Shown here: piece after piece, positions 12,992 through 25,400 of the stretch
Layout of the letters: each line of letters begins with the position of its first letter
Position numbering within the stretch: the first letter of the stretch is position 1
Origin: Anthoceros angustus
Lineage: Eukaryota > Plantae > Anthocerotophyta
NCBI GenBank assembly: GCA_010909165.1
Contig: VJWM01000025.1
Location: forward strand, 2,418,001-2,482,000
DNA length: 64,000 nucleotides
Direction: 5' to 3'
Made by a program: the position numbers and the translations under genes
Notes under the pieces: model-generated
Told to the model about the DNA's origin: nothing
The model's input: only the letters and a program-made list of their open reading frames with translations
Database searches by the model: none

Positions 12992-14976
12992 ATGTCGCGG
13001 ACCGGGCTCATCGGGCCGCTTCAGGATGCGTGGCGACTGTGGAATGTGTCTACCAATCCGGTGTTGCAGCTCAACGACCTGCCGCCCCGATCTGAGAAAC
13101 GGAAGCCTCTAAGCGAAGCAGGCTTGTCGAAAATAATTGGCAAGGAAAGCTGCTCCGCACCAGGCTCGTTCACTTCAGAGGAAGTTGCCCGTCACAACAA
13201 GACCGACGACTGCTGGATTGTGGTGAAGGATAAGGTAATAATTCTGTGTGGCTGTGCTTGGTGTGATCTGGTCGCAGTGCTTTTCGGTATCTTTGTGGCT
13301 GTTAGGTGTAGGCTTGGAAGGCTGAAACTGGCCCGCATTGATCGTCGGAATGTCGGAGGGCAGGTGTACGACGTCACGGAATTTTTGCCTCTGCATCCTG
13401 GCGGTCCCGTGATTTTCACACAAGCTGGTCGTGATGCAACTGACACATTCAGTTCTTTCCATGCTCCCAGTACATGGAAGCTTCTGCAGAACTTCTACAT
13501 CGGAGAACTTGTTGTAAGTTTGCTGGATTTTACTGATCTTCTGAATTTTACTCGGTGTGTAGTTCCTCACAGCCTCGCTCCTTGCGGCTTTTCCCCTTCT
13601 TGCTGTTCTCCCTGATTCTGATCTCTACTCGGGGAGTATTTTGATGGTTGGTTCGTCCTGCATGGGTCTGCAGAGCAACGAACCACTCTCAGAACTTCTC
13701 AAGGATTTTAGGGAGCTTCGAGCACTTTTCTTAAGGAACCAGTTCTTCAAAAGCAGCAAGTTATGGTATACGTGGAAAATGCTATCCACTTTGGCTATCC
13801 TTGGTGCTAGCATTGCGATCATCGGTCTCTGGTCTTCTCTCCCGGCTGTCCTCGTCTCAGCTTTTCTCCTGGCGCTCTTCTGGCAGCAATGTGGATGGAT
13901 GGCTCATGACTTTTTGCACCACCAAGTGAGATGCCTTCACATTTTGTTGCTTCTGAGGTGGAGCCAAACTAGAGTCTGCTGGATCCCCATTACATTTGCT
14001 GACTGCCGAGCTGGAACCAGGCTAAAATTCTGATACAACTCACTGGGAACCGGGGTGTGGCAGGTGTTTGAAGGTCGTTGGTGGAATACTGTCATTGGTG
14101 GCTTTTGCTGGGGAAACTTCTTCCAAGGTTTCAGTGTTGGGTGGTGGAAAACCAAGCACAATGTGCACCATGCAGCTCCCAATCAATGTGATGACCACTA
14201 CCAGCCTGTAGATCCAGACATTGATACCCTCCCGCTGGTGGCTTGGAGCAAAGACATTCTCGATACAGTGGATAGCCATCTGTTTCGAAGTGTGATCAGG
14301 CGGCAGCATTTGTTGTTTGTGCCTCTCCTATTCTTTGCCCGATTCAGCTGGTTGCAGTCGAGTTGGGCCCATACCAACATCGCTAACCTCTCCTTACAGC
14401 AGAAAGCTATGGAGAAAATTACCATCTGCCTTCATTATCTGTTCTTCGGTGGACTAGCTCTCTGGTTCCTGCCTCCGGGTATGGCGGTGACATGGTTTCT
14501 GACGGCCCAGCTCTTCTGTGGTCTATTGCTTAGTGGAGTGTTCGTGATCAGCCATAATGGAATGGAGGTCTACAACGACTCGAAAGATTTTGTCTCTGCT
14601 CAGGTAAACTTCTGCTTTGATGAAGGCCGTAGCCGTTGGGTTTGTGGCTTTCGTTCTCGAAATGTGGTCTTTCCGGTTGCCAAGATGGAATAGACAAACT
14701 GCCGACAGGTCTCACCTGGGAGTGTGGCTGGGCTTGCAGATTGCATCGACCAGAGATATTCAAGCCAGTATGTTCAACGATTGGTTCACGGGAGGCCTCA
14801 ACAGACAAATTGAGCACCATTTATTCCCTTCGCTACCCCGACACAATCTAACGAAGGCATCCCCATACGTCAAAGCTCTTTGCGCCAAGCATGGGCTGGA
14901 GTACGAGGATGTTAGCCTAATGACAGGCACCCATAGGGTCTTCGATAGGCTCGCGAAGGTCGCTGCAGCCGCTTGA
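12992..14976 (+). CDS. Front-end (delta-6-type) fatty acid desaturase with N-terminal cytochrome b5 domain; exons 12992-13234, 13364-13513, 13674-13925, 14064-14603, 14740-14976 (473 aa)
   Basis: Has the cytochrome b5 HPGG heme motif, histidine boxes HDFLH and HNVHH, and the QIEHH variant third box diagnostic of front-end desaturases. Confidence 0.93.
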
Positions 14977-15840
14977 GAGGCGTGTCACGTGGAAGTGATA
15001 CGTGACAATTTTGGTCAGGTGATTTTTGATCGTTGGCTCAGCAGGCCTTAAACCTATTCTTCACTCCAGACCCCTCTCTTCATCCACTTCTTAGAGTTGC
15101 TGGAGCCTTGTATTCGTGGAAACACACTACCTACTACATGGTCTTGTATCGGTGACTACGTTAAGTTATGATCAGTCACTTTCTAGGGAATTAGTTGCCA
15201 TGAAAAACGAGCTTCGGAAACAAGAAAAGGAATGACTAGTAATAAAGATTTATCTAGTTCTAGGCAAACAAAAATTATTTCTCGATACCTTAGTGATTCT
15301 TTTAACTTGGATTGAAAAACTAATGCATCCATCAAGAGTGAATACAAATACACAATTCTTCTTTGGTGCATGTGGGATCACTGAAGTCAGGAGACAAAGC
15401 TTCATTTTTCAAAAGCCTTAAAATGCTTCTTATAATTCCTAATCTCCTCAAAGCCCAAGTTTATAATAATGATCCTACTTCTTGTAGTTCCTAATCTTCT
15501 CAAAGCTCAATAAAAAATTTATGGATAGCGGCCTCACATAGACCTGGGCTCTAGTGTGCAAAACTCCTTTATTATGGTAGATCCGCATATATCTATTTTA
15601 TGTATGAGTAAAAAGTACGTCCAACATTGTGAGGAATCGCACATTTAGTAGCAAGTCATCTTGTTAATATGGCTTTTCACGACCTCTCGCCACATCTCAA
15701 AATATCAAAATGGGCCACATGTAAGCTAAGTGTGTAGTTGGTTGTAGACAATCTATCCAAAAATTCTATGAAATCCTATCTTAACTGAGCCATGCGCAAT
15801 TCTATTCACACGAGTCTACATATCAATTGAGGCCCACACC

Positions 15841-16390
15841 TCATGCAGACTTATTTGACTTATTTTGGTCACTCTCTTCATCTTCAGTCTGTGGTTCCTG
15901 TTTGATCTGTCCAAGTAATGAGCGTGCAGAACGAAAACTGGCACTGTTGTCATCACTACTTTCAGAATCTGAAACTGTCTGACTAATGTGCACCATGGGT
16001 TGAGAAGTAGTTAGCCGCATATGATCATGGCCCGCCTGTTGAAGTGTGGCAAACTGCTGCATGGTCTTATGAGTCCATCCCAAGTTGCCATGTCGCAGAA
16101 GCTGCAGCAAATCATAGAAATATCGAGGCCAACCAAACACATATCTGCCTGCTCTAGTCGCATGAAAATGTGCAAACCACATGCGGAAGGACTTCATGTC
16201 TCGAGGGAATTCATCAGGCCCCCAAATTACCAAAGTTGACAGAGGGTAATCATCAAATACCTGGTGCATGAATAGATGATTTTCTATCTTGCGATACGCA
16301 GCTTCACAGTAGGATGTCCATACCCATGGGAGATTCTTATGCCCTCTTCGCTGTAGCTCAAACAAGTCCCGATGATTTGTGAAAACCTCT
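15841..16390 (-). other. ORF of unknown function at the edge of the TE island; its 5' end is apparently replaced by gypsy sequence
   Basis: 196-codon ORF 15841-16431 with an aromatic-rich, protein-like core (WVWTSYCEAAYRKIENHLFMHQVFDDYPLSTLVIWGP). No family recognised. Confidence 0.35.
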
Positions 16391-18325
16391 AAGGAGGAGG
16401 ACTCCAGCGAAGAGGAGGAACCCCGGTGCAAGAATAAGAAGAAGAAGGCAGCGGCAAAACGGAAGGGGGAGGGGGAAACGAGGTGGTAGTACCAGCCCCG
16501 GTCCGGGAAGCTCCAGCGGATCCGACCCCTTCGAAGGAAGTGCCAGGCCTGAGAGAGGACTTGGAAAGGGTGATGAAGAAGGTGGAGGATCTAACGATTA
16601 ACCAAGTAAAGGATCGGGAGCGACGGAAGGCAGCCACTACCGTCATGACACATTTATGGTGTGCTGTATGCCATCAACACGGCCATTCGAAGACCAATTG
16701 CCCCTCGAGACCAGTACATCAAGTGGATTATGAGTACGAGGAGGATGCTGAAGAGCATTGGGAGGATGCCTACCAGGTACAGGAAGCGCCGCCGGGACCG
16801 CGATACCCAAAAACCATGTACCCATCCGCGGGAGGCCCGTCCATGCCGCGACCTCCGCCGATGCAGCACTGCATGGGGGCACCCCCAGGTATCCTTCGAG
16901 CGGCCGTGGTTTGCAGGAATTGCGGCAACCCTGGACATTACTCCAACGCCTGTCCGTACCCGACAAGGCAGGGTAACGGGGACTTTGAGCGATTGTGTGG
17001 AGAATGTAAACAGTCTGGACACATGGCAGGCAACACGTTGTGTCCAAATCCCCGTACAAGAATGGTACGCTATGCCATGCCAGATGGAGAACCCCGACCA
17101 CCCACGCCACCCACTTCCAAGACCGCTCTTGTACTGCAAATTGAAGACGCGCAACTTGCGGAGTGGGAGGAGGTTCCTAGGGGACCGAAGCCAGTCAGGA
17201 GTGAGGGAGGTACGGTTGCTGAAGAAAGGATGATGCTGAAGTGTTGGAGGTATCTACCCGTAGCCGCCGGAGGGAGAGACGGGAAAGAAGACAGTTGAAG
17301 AGAAAGAAGACCGGAGGGAGTGCTACGGACACCGAGGACGATAGCCAAGCCAGGAAGACAGCAAAAGATCCAGCCGATGAAGGAGAGTTGATACGGGCGA
17401 CTCTGCCAGAGGAATTACCTGAAGAAAGTTCTCCGGAGCAGGAGAAAGAAAAGGAGGATTCCCTCAAGGTTGCACCCCAATTTCCGCCGGATGTTATCCG
17501 GGAGGTAACGGAAATGCTATACGAGGAAATCCGTCAGCATCCGGAGGTTGTCAGGATGCGAAGTGTTTTGGACGGAGAGCCTAGTAGGCCGCAGCAGCCA
17601 CACCGGGTGCCTACGGAGGCCCCCACCCCCTTCAACGTAGCGGACCTGATGATGAATCAACAGCACCTAGTGTCGTTCCGGCAGCTTCTAAGGGACAACT
17701 CGAAGTATCGTCAGGAGGTTCGTCGGGCCATTCGGGAGACACAACCGCGTCGAAGCACCACATCTCGGAAAAGCGACCCCGTAGAGGTAAGGGTGGTGCC
17801 CCATACGGACCCGGGAGCACCAATGGTACAAGTAGAAATCGCCGGGTGTATCATTAAGGATGTACCTCTGGACACGGGGTCGGGCGTCAACCTCATCACG
17901 GAGGCCACGGCCAGGAGGTTGGGGTTCACCACTTTCGAACCCTCAACCAAGACCCTGAGGATGGCGGACATGTCAAGGCGAGATCTGGCAGGGGAGCTAA
18001 TCGGAGTCCAAGCTAATATGGTCGGCGCACCATATATGTTGGATATCGTACCTGCAGGACCCTTGGGGTATGAGGTGCGGGGTATGAGGTGCTGCTGGGA
18101 CGGCCCTGACTGGGACTGGCTCAAACAAAGCTACACTTCGGAAGAAAGGAGATCCACTTCAAGCCGGTGGACTGGGATCTCAAGGTGAGGGAAGGAAGGG
18201 TGGCGATCACCTGGAGCAAGAACACGTACTATGGGGAGACTACGAGCACCACTGAAGGGTATACCTCCACCGAAGATACCACTGATGCCGAACGAGACAG
18301 CGCGGACGAAGCATACCACAACTAG
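16390..18325 (+). mobile_element. Ty3/gypsy-like retrotransposon remnant: gag (three CCHC zinc knuckles) and aspartic protease; frameshifted and truncated
   Basis: Knuckles CAVCHQHGHSKTNC, CRNCGNPGHYSNAC and CGECKQSGHMAGNTLC. The protease active site VPLDTGSGVNLI is followed by LRMAD. The sequence stops abruptly at the Copia LTR at 18326. Confidence 0.8.
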
Positions 18326-18574
18326 TCATGAGAAACATGCACTAGCTCAAGCAATGTGTGTTGCATTACATTTGATCGAAAGTACATGCCTTATATAGAA
18401 GGCTAAAGGTGGTTGTAACCACATAGTGGTTGTAACAAATAACCACTTAAGTAATCAACTAAAGGAAACTACTTAAACTACTTCATGCCCTAGCCAAATA
18501 AATAAATCATTAAGTTCTAGGTGCCCTAGTGAAGAGTGCTCTAATAGTGACCTATTTCATCACTCCCACTCACT
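18326..18574 (-). mobile_element. Ty1/copia 3' LTR (18326-18562) plus PPT (18563-18574); a diverged relative of the 25692-33272 element
   Basis: Aligns along its length with LTR 25692-25958 (…ggtgccctagtgaagagtgc…ctatttcatca) and is followed by the identical ctcccactcactatga PPT block. Confidence 0.8.
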
Positions 18575-18900
18575 ATGAACTAGGGTGAGATGATAGAGAA
18601 TTTCTCTAGCTTCAAAATAAGTCAAAATAGGCCTAGAACTAAAAACTAGTTGGTAAGTCAAACAAACTTAAAAGCATTAAGTAAAAACTTAAGTTAGAAA
18701 TTAAGAGTATTTGTAATTGAGCTTAAAAAGGGGAAATAGCAATTTACGCAAACGGAAAATAGCTATTTATCGGGAAATCCTTAAATGGATGGTTATTAAC
18801 TATCCATGGGCATCACATGCCCATGTACTGGTTCACTTTCAGAATACTGATACATCTTCCCGCTCCTCCCCCTCCTTCCCTCCTCACCCTGCAGGTAGCT

Positions 18901-20070
18901 ATGGCGAGAGGACGAGGGCGCCCCTCCCGCGATGCCGATCGGCTGGCAGCAGGCGCACAGGCGTGGGGGCAGGTGCGGACGCAGGTGCGGGGGCTAACCA
19001 ATTGGAAGTTATTTCCAAACCACTTGAGTAAGTATCCCAAGTTACAAGACATTGGAAGCATTAATTATTTATATTATCAATGGCAACCCATGAGGAGAAC
19101 ATGCATGGGCAGGGAGCCGGCCGGCCGGCGCCCATGGGCAAGGCTTGTTGGGGAAGGGCGCCGGCCGGCTGCGCCCATGTACAAGGCTTGTTAGGGAAGG
19201 GCGCCGGTCGGCCAGCGTTCTCTTTATGGATGTGTATATTGAAACTCCTCTCATGCCATGGTTGCACACATTTTTCAAAACACTTATGGACCTATTTTCA
19301 TTCATTCATTCGTACTGTACTATGTGCAGCTTCGTTCTCGAAGAATATATGGGCATGTTCAGCTACCCACCAAAACGGGAAGCATAGCATTACTTTGAGA
19401 CTGCCGTATAAATAGACTGTCGTGTAAGTAGAGGTTTTTGTTCACTAAACGGTCATCCTGTATTATGAGTTCAACTTGACGGCGGAAACATTTGTACGCT
19501 GTGGATAAGAAGGCAATCAAGGATAAGTTTATTGAATTGCGAGGCTTTATTCAACCAGCGCGTCAAAGTGGCACCCAGGACAGTGAAGATGATGGTTATG
19601 ATGCCGTGCCCAACGAAGATGATGGCGTGGAGTCTGGCAAAGAGTAGGAAACCCTCTGAATGTTAGGTCATCTTCGACGGGCAATTGGTAAGGTTATGCG
19701 TGAAGCTCAATTCCTATAGTTTGGAGTGCACATTTCCAAGCGCAGTACATAATTCTCGAAAGAGTCTAGGCCCATGATAGGATTTTGGTTGTGGCTGTTC
19801 TCTGTGTGCCGTTGTAGACTTCACATGCTTAATAACTTCCAATGTTCAAGCCTTTTTCCATTACATGCGGAAGGACATGTGGCGAGTGTGGCGGTAGTTG
19901 TGCGCTCGGTATTGCGGCATACGAACAGGCAACACACGGTGAGCCCTGGGGGCATGTTTTTCTGTGCGATATGTTGGCGGGAACCAGCGCACATTTTTCA
20001 TTCATCGATTGCATGTGGATCGAACCATGTGATTATATTTGCGGGCACACTTGAGGGTGTGCAGAAGCCA
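18901..20070 (+). pseudogene. Decayed spliced gene inside the PPT-proximal region of the Copia relative; possible C-terminal RING-like Cys cluster
   Basis: ATG at 18901 (MARGRGRPSRDADRLAAGAQAWGQVRTQVRGLTNWKLFPNHL). A GTAAGT donor at 19028 and tgtgcag acceptor at 19329 join in frame to TSFSKNIWACSATHQNGKHSITLRLPYK. The frame then continues through in-frame stops. CAICWREP...PCDYICGH.*GC lies near 19965-20065. Confidence 0.45.
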
Positions 20071-20571
20071 CCCACCCACCCCACACCCAAAGTCTTTTTG
20101 TACACACATGTCGCTATGGGCCTGCTACTCTCCGCCTTTCGCAAGGCATCATTGGAATGCCAGGAAAAGGGCGCCGGCCGGCCGGAGCCCTACTCCTCAG
20201 ACATGCTTTGCTCCCCGGCCATCAGCGGGTTCGTCTCTCATCCAATTTTGATCACCATGCTTTTTACGAATCTTTAGGGTTGTTGTGCGAGAAAGACCCG
20301 CAGTGATTGGCAGCAATGGCCCTTGTCATGGGTCTTAAATGCACCCCAAATAGGGTTACCTCTTGCACCATAACCCTTCGTGGGCATGAAATGGACCTTG
20401 TATCACTGGTTTACAGCAATTTCCACCCTTCTTTTCTGCTTTACATTCATTCACACCTCAAAAACCACCAGTTCAAGACCCATGTCAAACCCCCTTAAGG
20501 AGATAAATTTCAGAAAACCCCCTTCGTGAATATTCACCCCCTTCAAAAGGTATCGTATTCCCAACCGATGT

Positions 20572-21950
20572 ATAAGAAGGGCAGATTGTGCCCCCCCCAC
20601 ATTAGACAATTCCTGGTTGAGATCCCCACGCTGCCTGTGGCCAGTTGGAGACGTCGGATTGGCGGAGGTGGCGTGCGTGAGACGCTCCTAGGGGTGGTCG
20701 AGAGCTTGCTCCGCAACTGAGGGAGGGAGGGCGATAGAGCGCTATTGCTGACAACGGAGGAGGAAACCGAGGGATTGGCACGGGGCGGGTCTGGAGCTTG
20801 CTCGTAACGCCTGCTGTAACGCCCGGGGTTCTCTTTCCTTCACCCTTTTTTTTTCCTTGTCAGTTGTGTTCGAAATCAAGAGTGTGGTGTGTGGTTGGAG
20901 GCCTGAGGGCGGATCGAGAGAGAGAGAGAGGGAGAGAGGATTGGGAGAAGCAAATTGAGAGAGAGAGAGAAGGTGGGGTGAAGGCAGGATCAAAGCACTG
21001 TACGCGATGAGAGGTGTAAGATCGAGAGTGGAGTGAAAAGGAGGATGAATGGGGAAGTTAATAACGGAGATTTGTGTGTGTGGATCATGAGAACCAAGCC
21101 GGTGCTGTCTGTAGAAAGTGCACACGGAAACACAGCGTTTCCTGGAGAAAATAGTGTAGGTGAGGCGCCCTCTTTGTGTGTGTGCGTGCGTGTGTGGGTG
21201 TGGGGAACGGTGTGAGATTCCCACAACTCAGGCCCGGGGTGTGCATAGAGTAGGGGAGGACTAAACTGGATCAAGCGAACTGAATAGCCACTGTGATGAA
21301 CCCGCGTCACAACTGCAGATAGGCTACTAGGGTTTGGTGGTGGGACCCACCTCGATAGCCGTAGCAACCTTTCGGTAGTGGTGAGAACCACCACGGTAGT
21401 AGCTCGGGAGCTAAGGTCGCGGAATGGGATTGGCGGTTCTGGAATAAGATCTGGGGTAGTAGTAGTTGAGAGGGTAGGAAGAATAGTGTTAGCAGGTGCA
21501 CTCCTGACTTAGGCAAAGGTCAGTAGTGATAGAAGTTAGCGTCTCTTGGCACGAACCATTCCCTTGGGAGCGAATCCTAGGACTACAACGACATTGATGG
21601 TGAATGTGGACCTCACGGTGTCCCTAGACACAAATTCACACTCCACAGCTTCCACCCCCACACACACACACACTCTCTCTCTTAATTTCGGAACACAACC
21701 AACAGGAAAAAGGGTAAGGGAAAGAAGAATTTTCGGGCGTCGAGCAAGCTCCAGACCCGCCCCAATCCTCGATTTCCTCCTCCGTTGTCAGCGAGGAGCG
21801 CTCTATCACCCCCCTTCCCCCCGAGCAAGCTCTCGACCACCCCTAGGAGCGTCTCGCACCTCCTCCGTCGGACGTCTCCAACCAGCCACAGCGTGAGGAT
21901 CTCAACCAGGAATTATCTAATGTGAGGGGCACAACCAAGCCTCTTTATAA
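20572..21950. mobile_element. Non-autonomous foldback / MULE-like element with ~330-bp imperfect terminal inverted repeats
   Basis: The left arm (~20572-20910: tgtgcccc…cacattagacaattcctggttgagatcc…gagacgctcctaggggtggtcgagagcttgctc…) is the reverse complement of the right arm (~21640-21950: …gagcaagctctcgaccacccctaggagcgtctc…ggatctcaaccaggaattatctaatgtgaggggcaca). The TSD is not clean. Confidence 0.8.
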
Positions 21951-22481
21951 TGGGGCGTCGCCCGGCCCAGACTTTCCAGTCCGAAAAAGTGAACGCGAAG
22001 AGGCGCCCCTATAATTTCGAACGGCCTTAGGTCCAAGATGGCATCCTATCCAAGGTTCTATTCCTAGGATGCCACTACTCTTTGCCTACATTATCTTCGC
22101 ACCCTCCTCCGATTTGGTCGCCTGGCCCTCCGTCCTCTACTGCCGCCTCCATGGGCCCTCCTCCCTCGCCGCTGGTCTGACAAATCCTCCCATAGAACCT
22201 CCACCTCGCTTCCACTGCTGGTCGACTCCTCGCACCTCATCTGGGGTGTGTCCTGCTCCTGAGCTCCATCCGCCCTTGCTTGCTGCGTATTACTGAGGAT
22301 CATTACTAGCTCTTCTTCCACCCACGCTCGGGCTTCCTCCTCCGTAAGCTCCTTCAAGACTACCTCCGTATAACAGGGAGTCAGCCCCCATACCCGGGCA
22401 CAGTGGAAGGACCATCCGCTTCGAGTCCTCACTTGCAGAAGGTAAGCCCTGGTCCCTCCTATTCCCACACGCACATGGATA

Positions 22482-25400
22482 CCCTACTAGAAAAGGGCAG
22501 TCATGTTACACTTAATGTTAAGATTTGGACCCCCCTTTGTTGCAATTATGTTAAAATCTTGGGGTCTTGTTACACTTTTGGACCCCTTATTACGATTAGG
22601 TTTGGAAACCAACCCTCCACCTTGTTATTCTGATCATGGTCTTGTTGCAATTATGTTGCAATGTAGTGAGAGGTGGTTTGTGTCCCTCTCAAAATTTCAA
22701 CATAATTGCAACAACCAAAGTGTTACATCGTCTCTTGTTACATTTTGCGGGCTTGGTACCGAACCTCCTCCCCATCTACCTTCCTCTTTTACTACTATTA
22801 CCCTATGGAATACCTAGTTTTACTTAGTAGTTCCACCGATACTCGTATGAATACACATATATAAAAATATATGTATGAATACATTCTGTGTAAAATACAC
22901 GTATTGTTCATGGTAACATATACTATATGGTAATTTCACTGATATATGGTCATATTCTATTTTATATAAAATAAGCATATCGTCACACGGATAACGTACA
23001 TACTTTGTACACGTCCACGATCGTTTACTAGTTTGTCCTTGAGCACTCGGTGCCTTTTGTGCCTCTGAGTTTGTGCTACAGCGGACCCATGTTTGCTATC
23101 TTGCGTGGGGTTGTTTGGCTCAAGTCCTCCCTCCTTCTCTCTCCCCTAGACAACGCCTCATGTCCGTTCTGCGCCTTTTGCCCTTGCCTCGACCATGGCT
23201 GCTGTTGGTTGCTCCACTCCTATCCTCCCCTCGCCTTCTTCCATCGCCTTCCCTAACTTCACATCATAGTCAGTTCGCATCAAAATTTGAGATAAGAAAT
23301 AATACATGGAATGGGTCTTGGCGACCTTGCAACTACTTGCGATTGTACATGTACACGAGACACCCGCCATGCTACTATCGCCTTCTCTAACATCAAATCG
23401 CACTAGCTAGTTCATGACTGAAAATTTGAGAGGAAATCACGGTATTGGAGCGGTCTTGGCACGACCTTGCAATGCTCTACAAGTACAAGATACGCTTGCG
23501 GCTGTACGTGATCCCATACGCCACCATCCCTTCACCAACATCATGTCACGGTGGTTACGCATCAAGCGAAAAATTGAGGCGGAAATCATAGCATGGAATG
23601 GGTCTCTCTGGAAATCACGGCATGGATTGGGTCTCTACTTGAAATCACAGCATGGAGCGGGCCTCCTCCTCTTCCTTTCCCTCTCCCCTCCTCCTTCTTC
23701 CCATCTCCCCTCCTTCCTCCCCTCCTTCCTCCTCCTTCTTCCCATCTCCCCTCCTTCCTCCCCTCCCCTCCTTCCCTCTCCCCTCCTTCCTCCCCTCCTT
23801 CCTCCCCTCCTTCCTCCCCTCCTCCCCCTCTACCTCCCCTCCTTCCTCCCCTCCTTCCTCCCCTCCTTCCTCCCCTCCTTCCTCCCCTCCTTCCTCCTCC
23901 TCCTCCTCCTCCCCCTCTACCTCGGATCCCTCTCCCCTTTTCCTCCTTGCCTCTCCTCCTCCTCCTCCTCCTCCTCCTCCTCCTCCTCCTCCTCCTCCTC
24001 CTCCTCCTCATCCCTCTCCCCATTTCCTCCTTGCCTCCTCCTCCTCCTCCTCCTCCTCCTCTATCTCCCTCTCCCCTTTTCCTCCTTGCCTCTCCTCCTC
24101 CTCCTCCTCCTCCTCCTCTCCTCTCCTCCTCCTTGCCTCCTCCCTCCTCCTCCTCCTCCTCCTCCTCCTCCTCCTCCTCCTCCTCCTCCTCCTCTACCTC
24201 ATCCCTCTCCCCTTTTCCTCCTTGCCTCTCTCCTCCTCCTCCTCTACCTCGGATCCCTCTCCCCTTTTCCTCCTTGCCTCTCTCCTCCTCCTCCTCATCC
24301 TCTCCCCTCCTCCTTGCCTCTCTACCTCCTCCTCCTCTACCTCGGATCCCTCTCCCCCTCCTTGCCTCTCCTCCTCCTCCTCCTCTACCTCGGATCCCTC
24401 TCCCCTTTTCCTCCTTGCCTCTCCTCCTCCTCCTCTACCTCAGATCCCTCTCCCCTTTTCCTCCTTGACTCTCCTCTCCTCCTCCTCCTCCTTATCTACC
24501 TCGGATCCCGTCCCCTTTTCCTCCTTGCCTATCGCCTTCTCTAACATCAAATGACACTAGCTAGTTACAGCTGAAAATTTGAGAGGAAATCACGATTGGA
24601 AGTACAAGATCTGCGGTGTACACGTGATCCCGCCCGCCACCATCCGTCACCTACGTCATGTCACAGTTACGCATCGGCTGAAAAATTGAGACTAGAAATC
24701 ACGGCTTGGAGCGGGTCTTTACTTGAAATCACGCATGGAACGGGCCTCTTTCTTTTCCTCTCCCCTCCTCCTCCTTTCCATCTACCTCCTCTTCTTTCCC
24801 TCTCCCCTCCTCTTCCTTCCCTCTCCCCTCCTCTTGCTCCTCTTCTTTTCCATCTTCCTCCTCCTCCTTATAATCTCCCCTCCTGTCCTTCCCTCCTCCT
24901 CCTTCCTCTCTCCCCTCCTCTCCTCTCCTCCTCCTCCTCCTCCTCCTCCTACCTCGATCCCTCTCCCCTTTTCCTCATTGCCTCTCCCCTTCCTCCTCTC
25001 CTCCTCCTCCTCCTCCTCTACCTCTCTCTCCTCCTCTCCTCTCCTCCTCTCCTCCTCCTCCTCCTCCTCCTCCTCCTCTCCTCCTCCTCCTCTACCTCTC
25101 CCTCTCCCCTATTTCCTCCTTGCCTCTCCCCTTCCTCCTCTCTCCTCTTCCTCCCCACCTCTCTCCCCTTCCTCCTCTCCCCTCCTTCTCCTTGCCTCCG
25201 AGGCAGTGAGCCTCGGACCCTGAACTTAGACATAGGTAAATAATATTATGTTTAGGTCACCTTTAAAGGTGACGTTAATGGGCATGTTCTTTGTGATATT
25301 GTGCAGGCACCATTAACAAATAGTTGTGAAGAGAGAGTGCAAAGAAGAGCGCTAGGAAAAACCTTAACTAATTGTACTCCCAATGGGGTGTAATAAAGAT

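Noticed and set aside
23414-25243. Long ORFs (376, 291, 300, 215 aa) rich in Pro/Ser/Leu, and Arg/Gly on the opposite strand
   Set aside because: They result from stop-free C/T simple repeats, and all three frames are open simultaneously.
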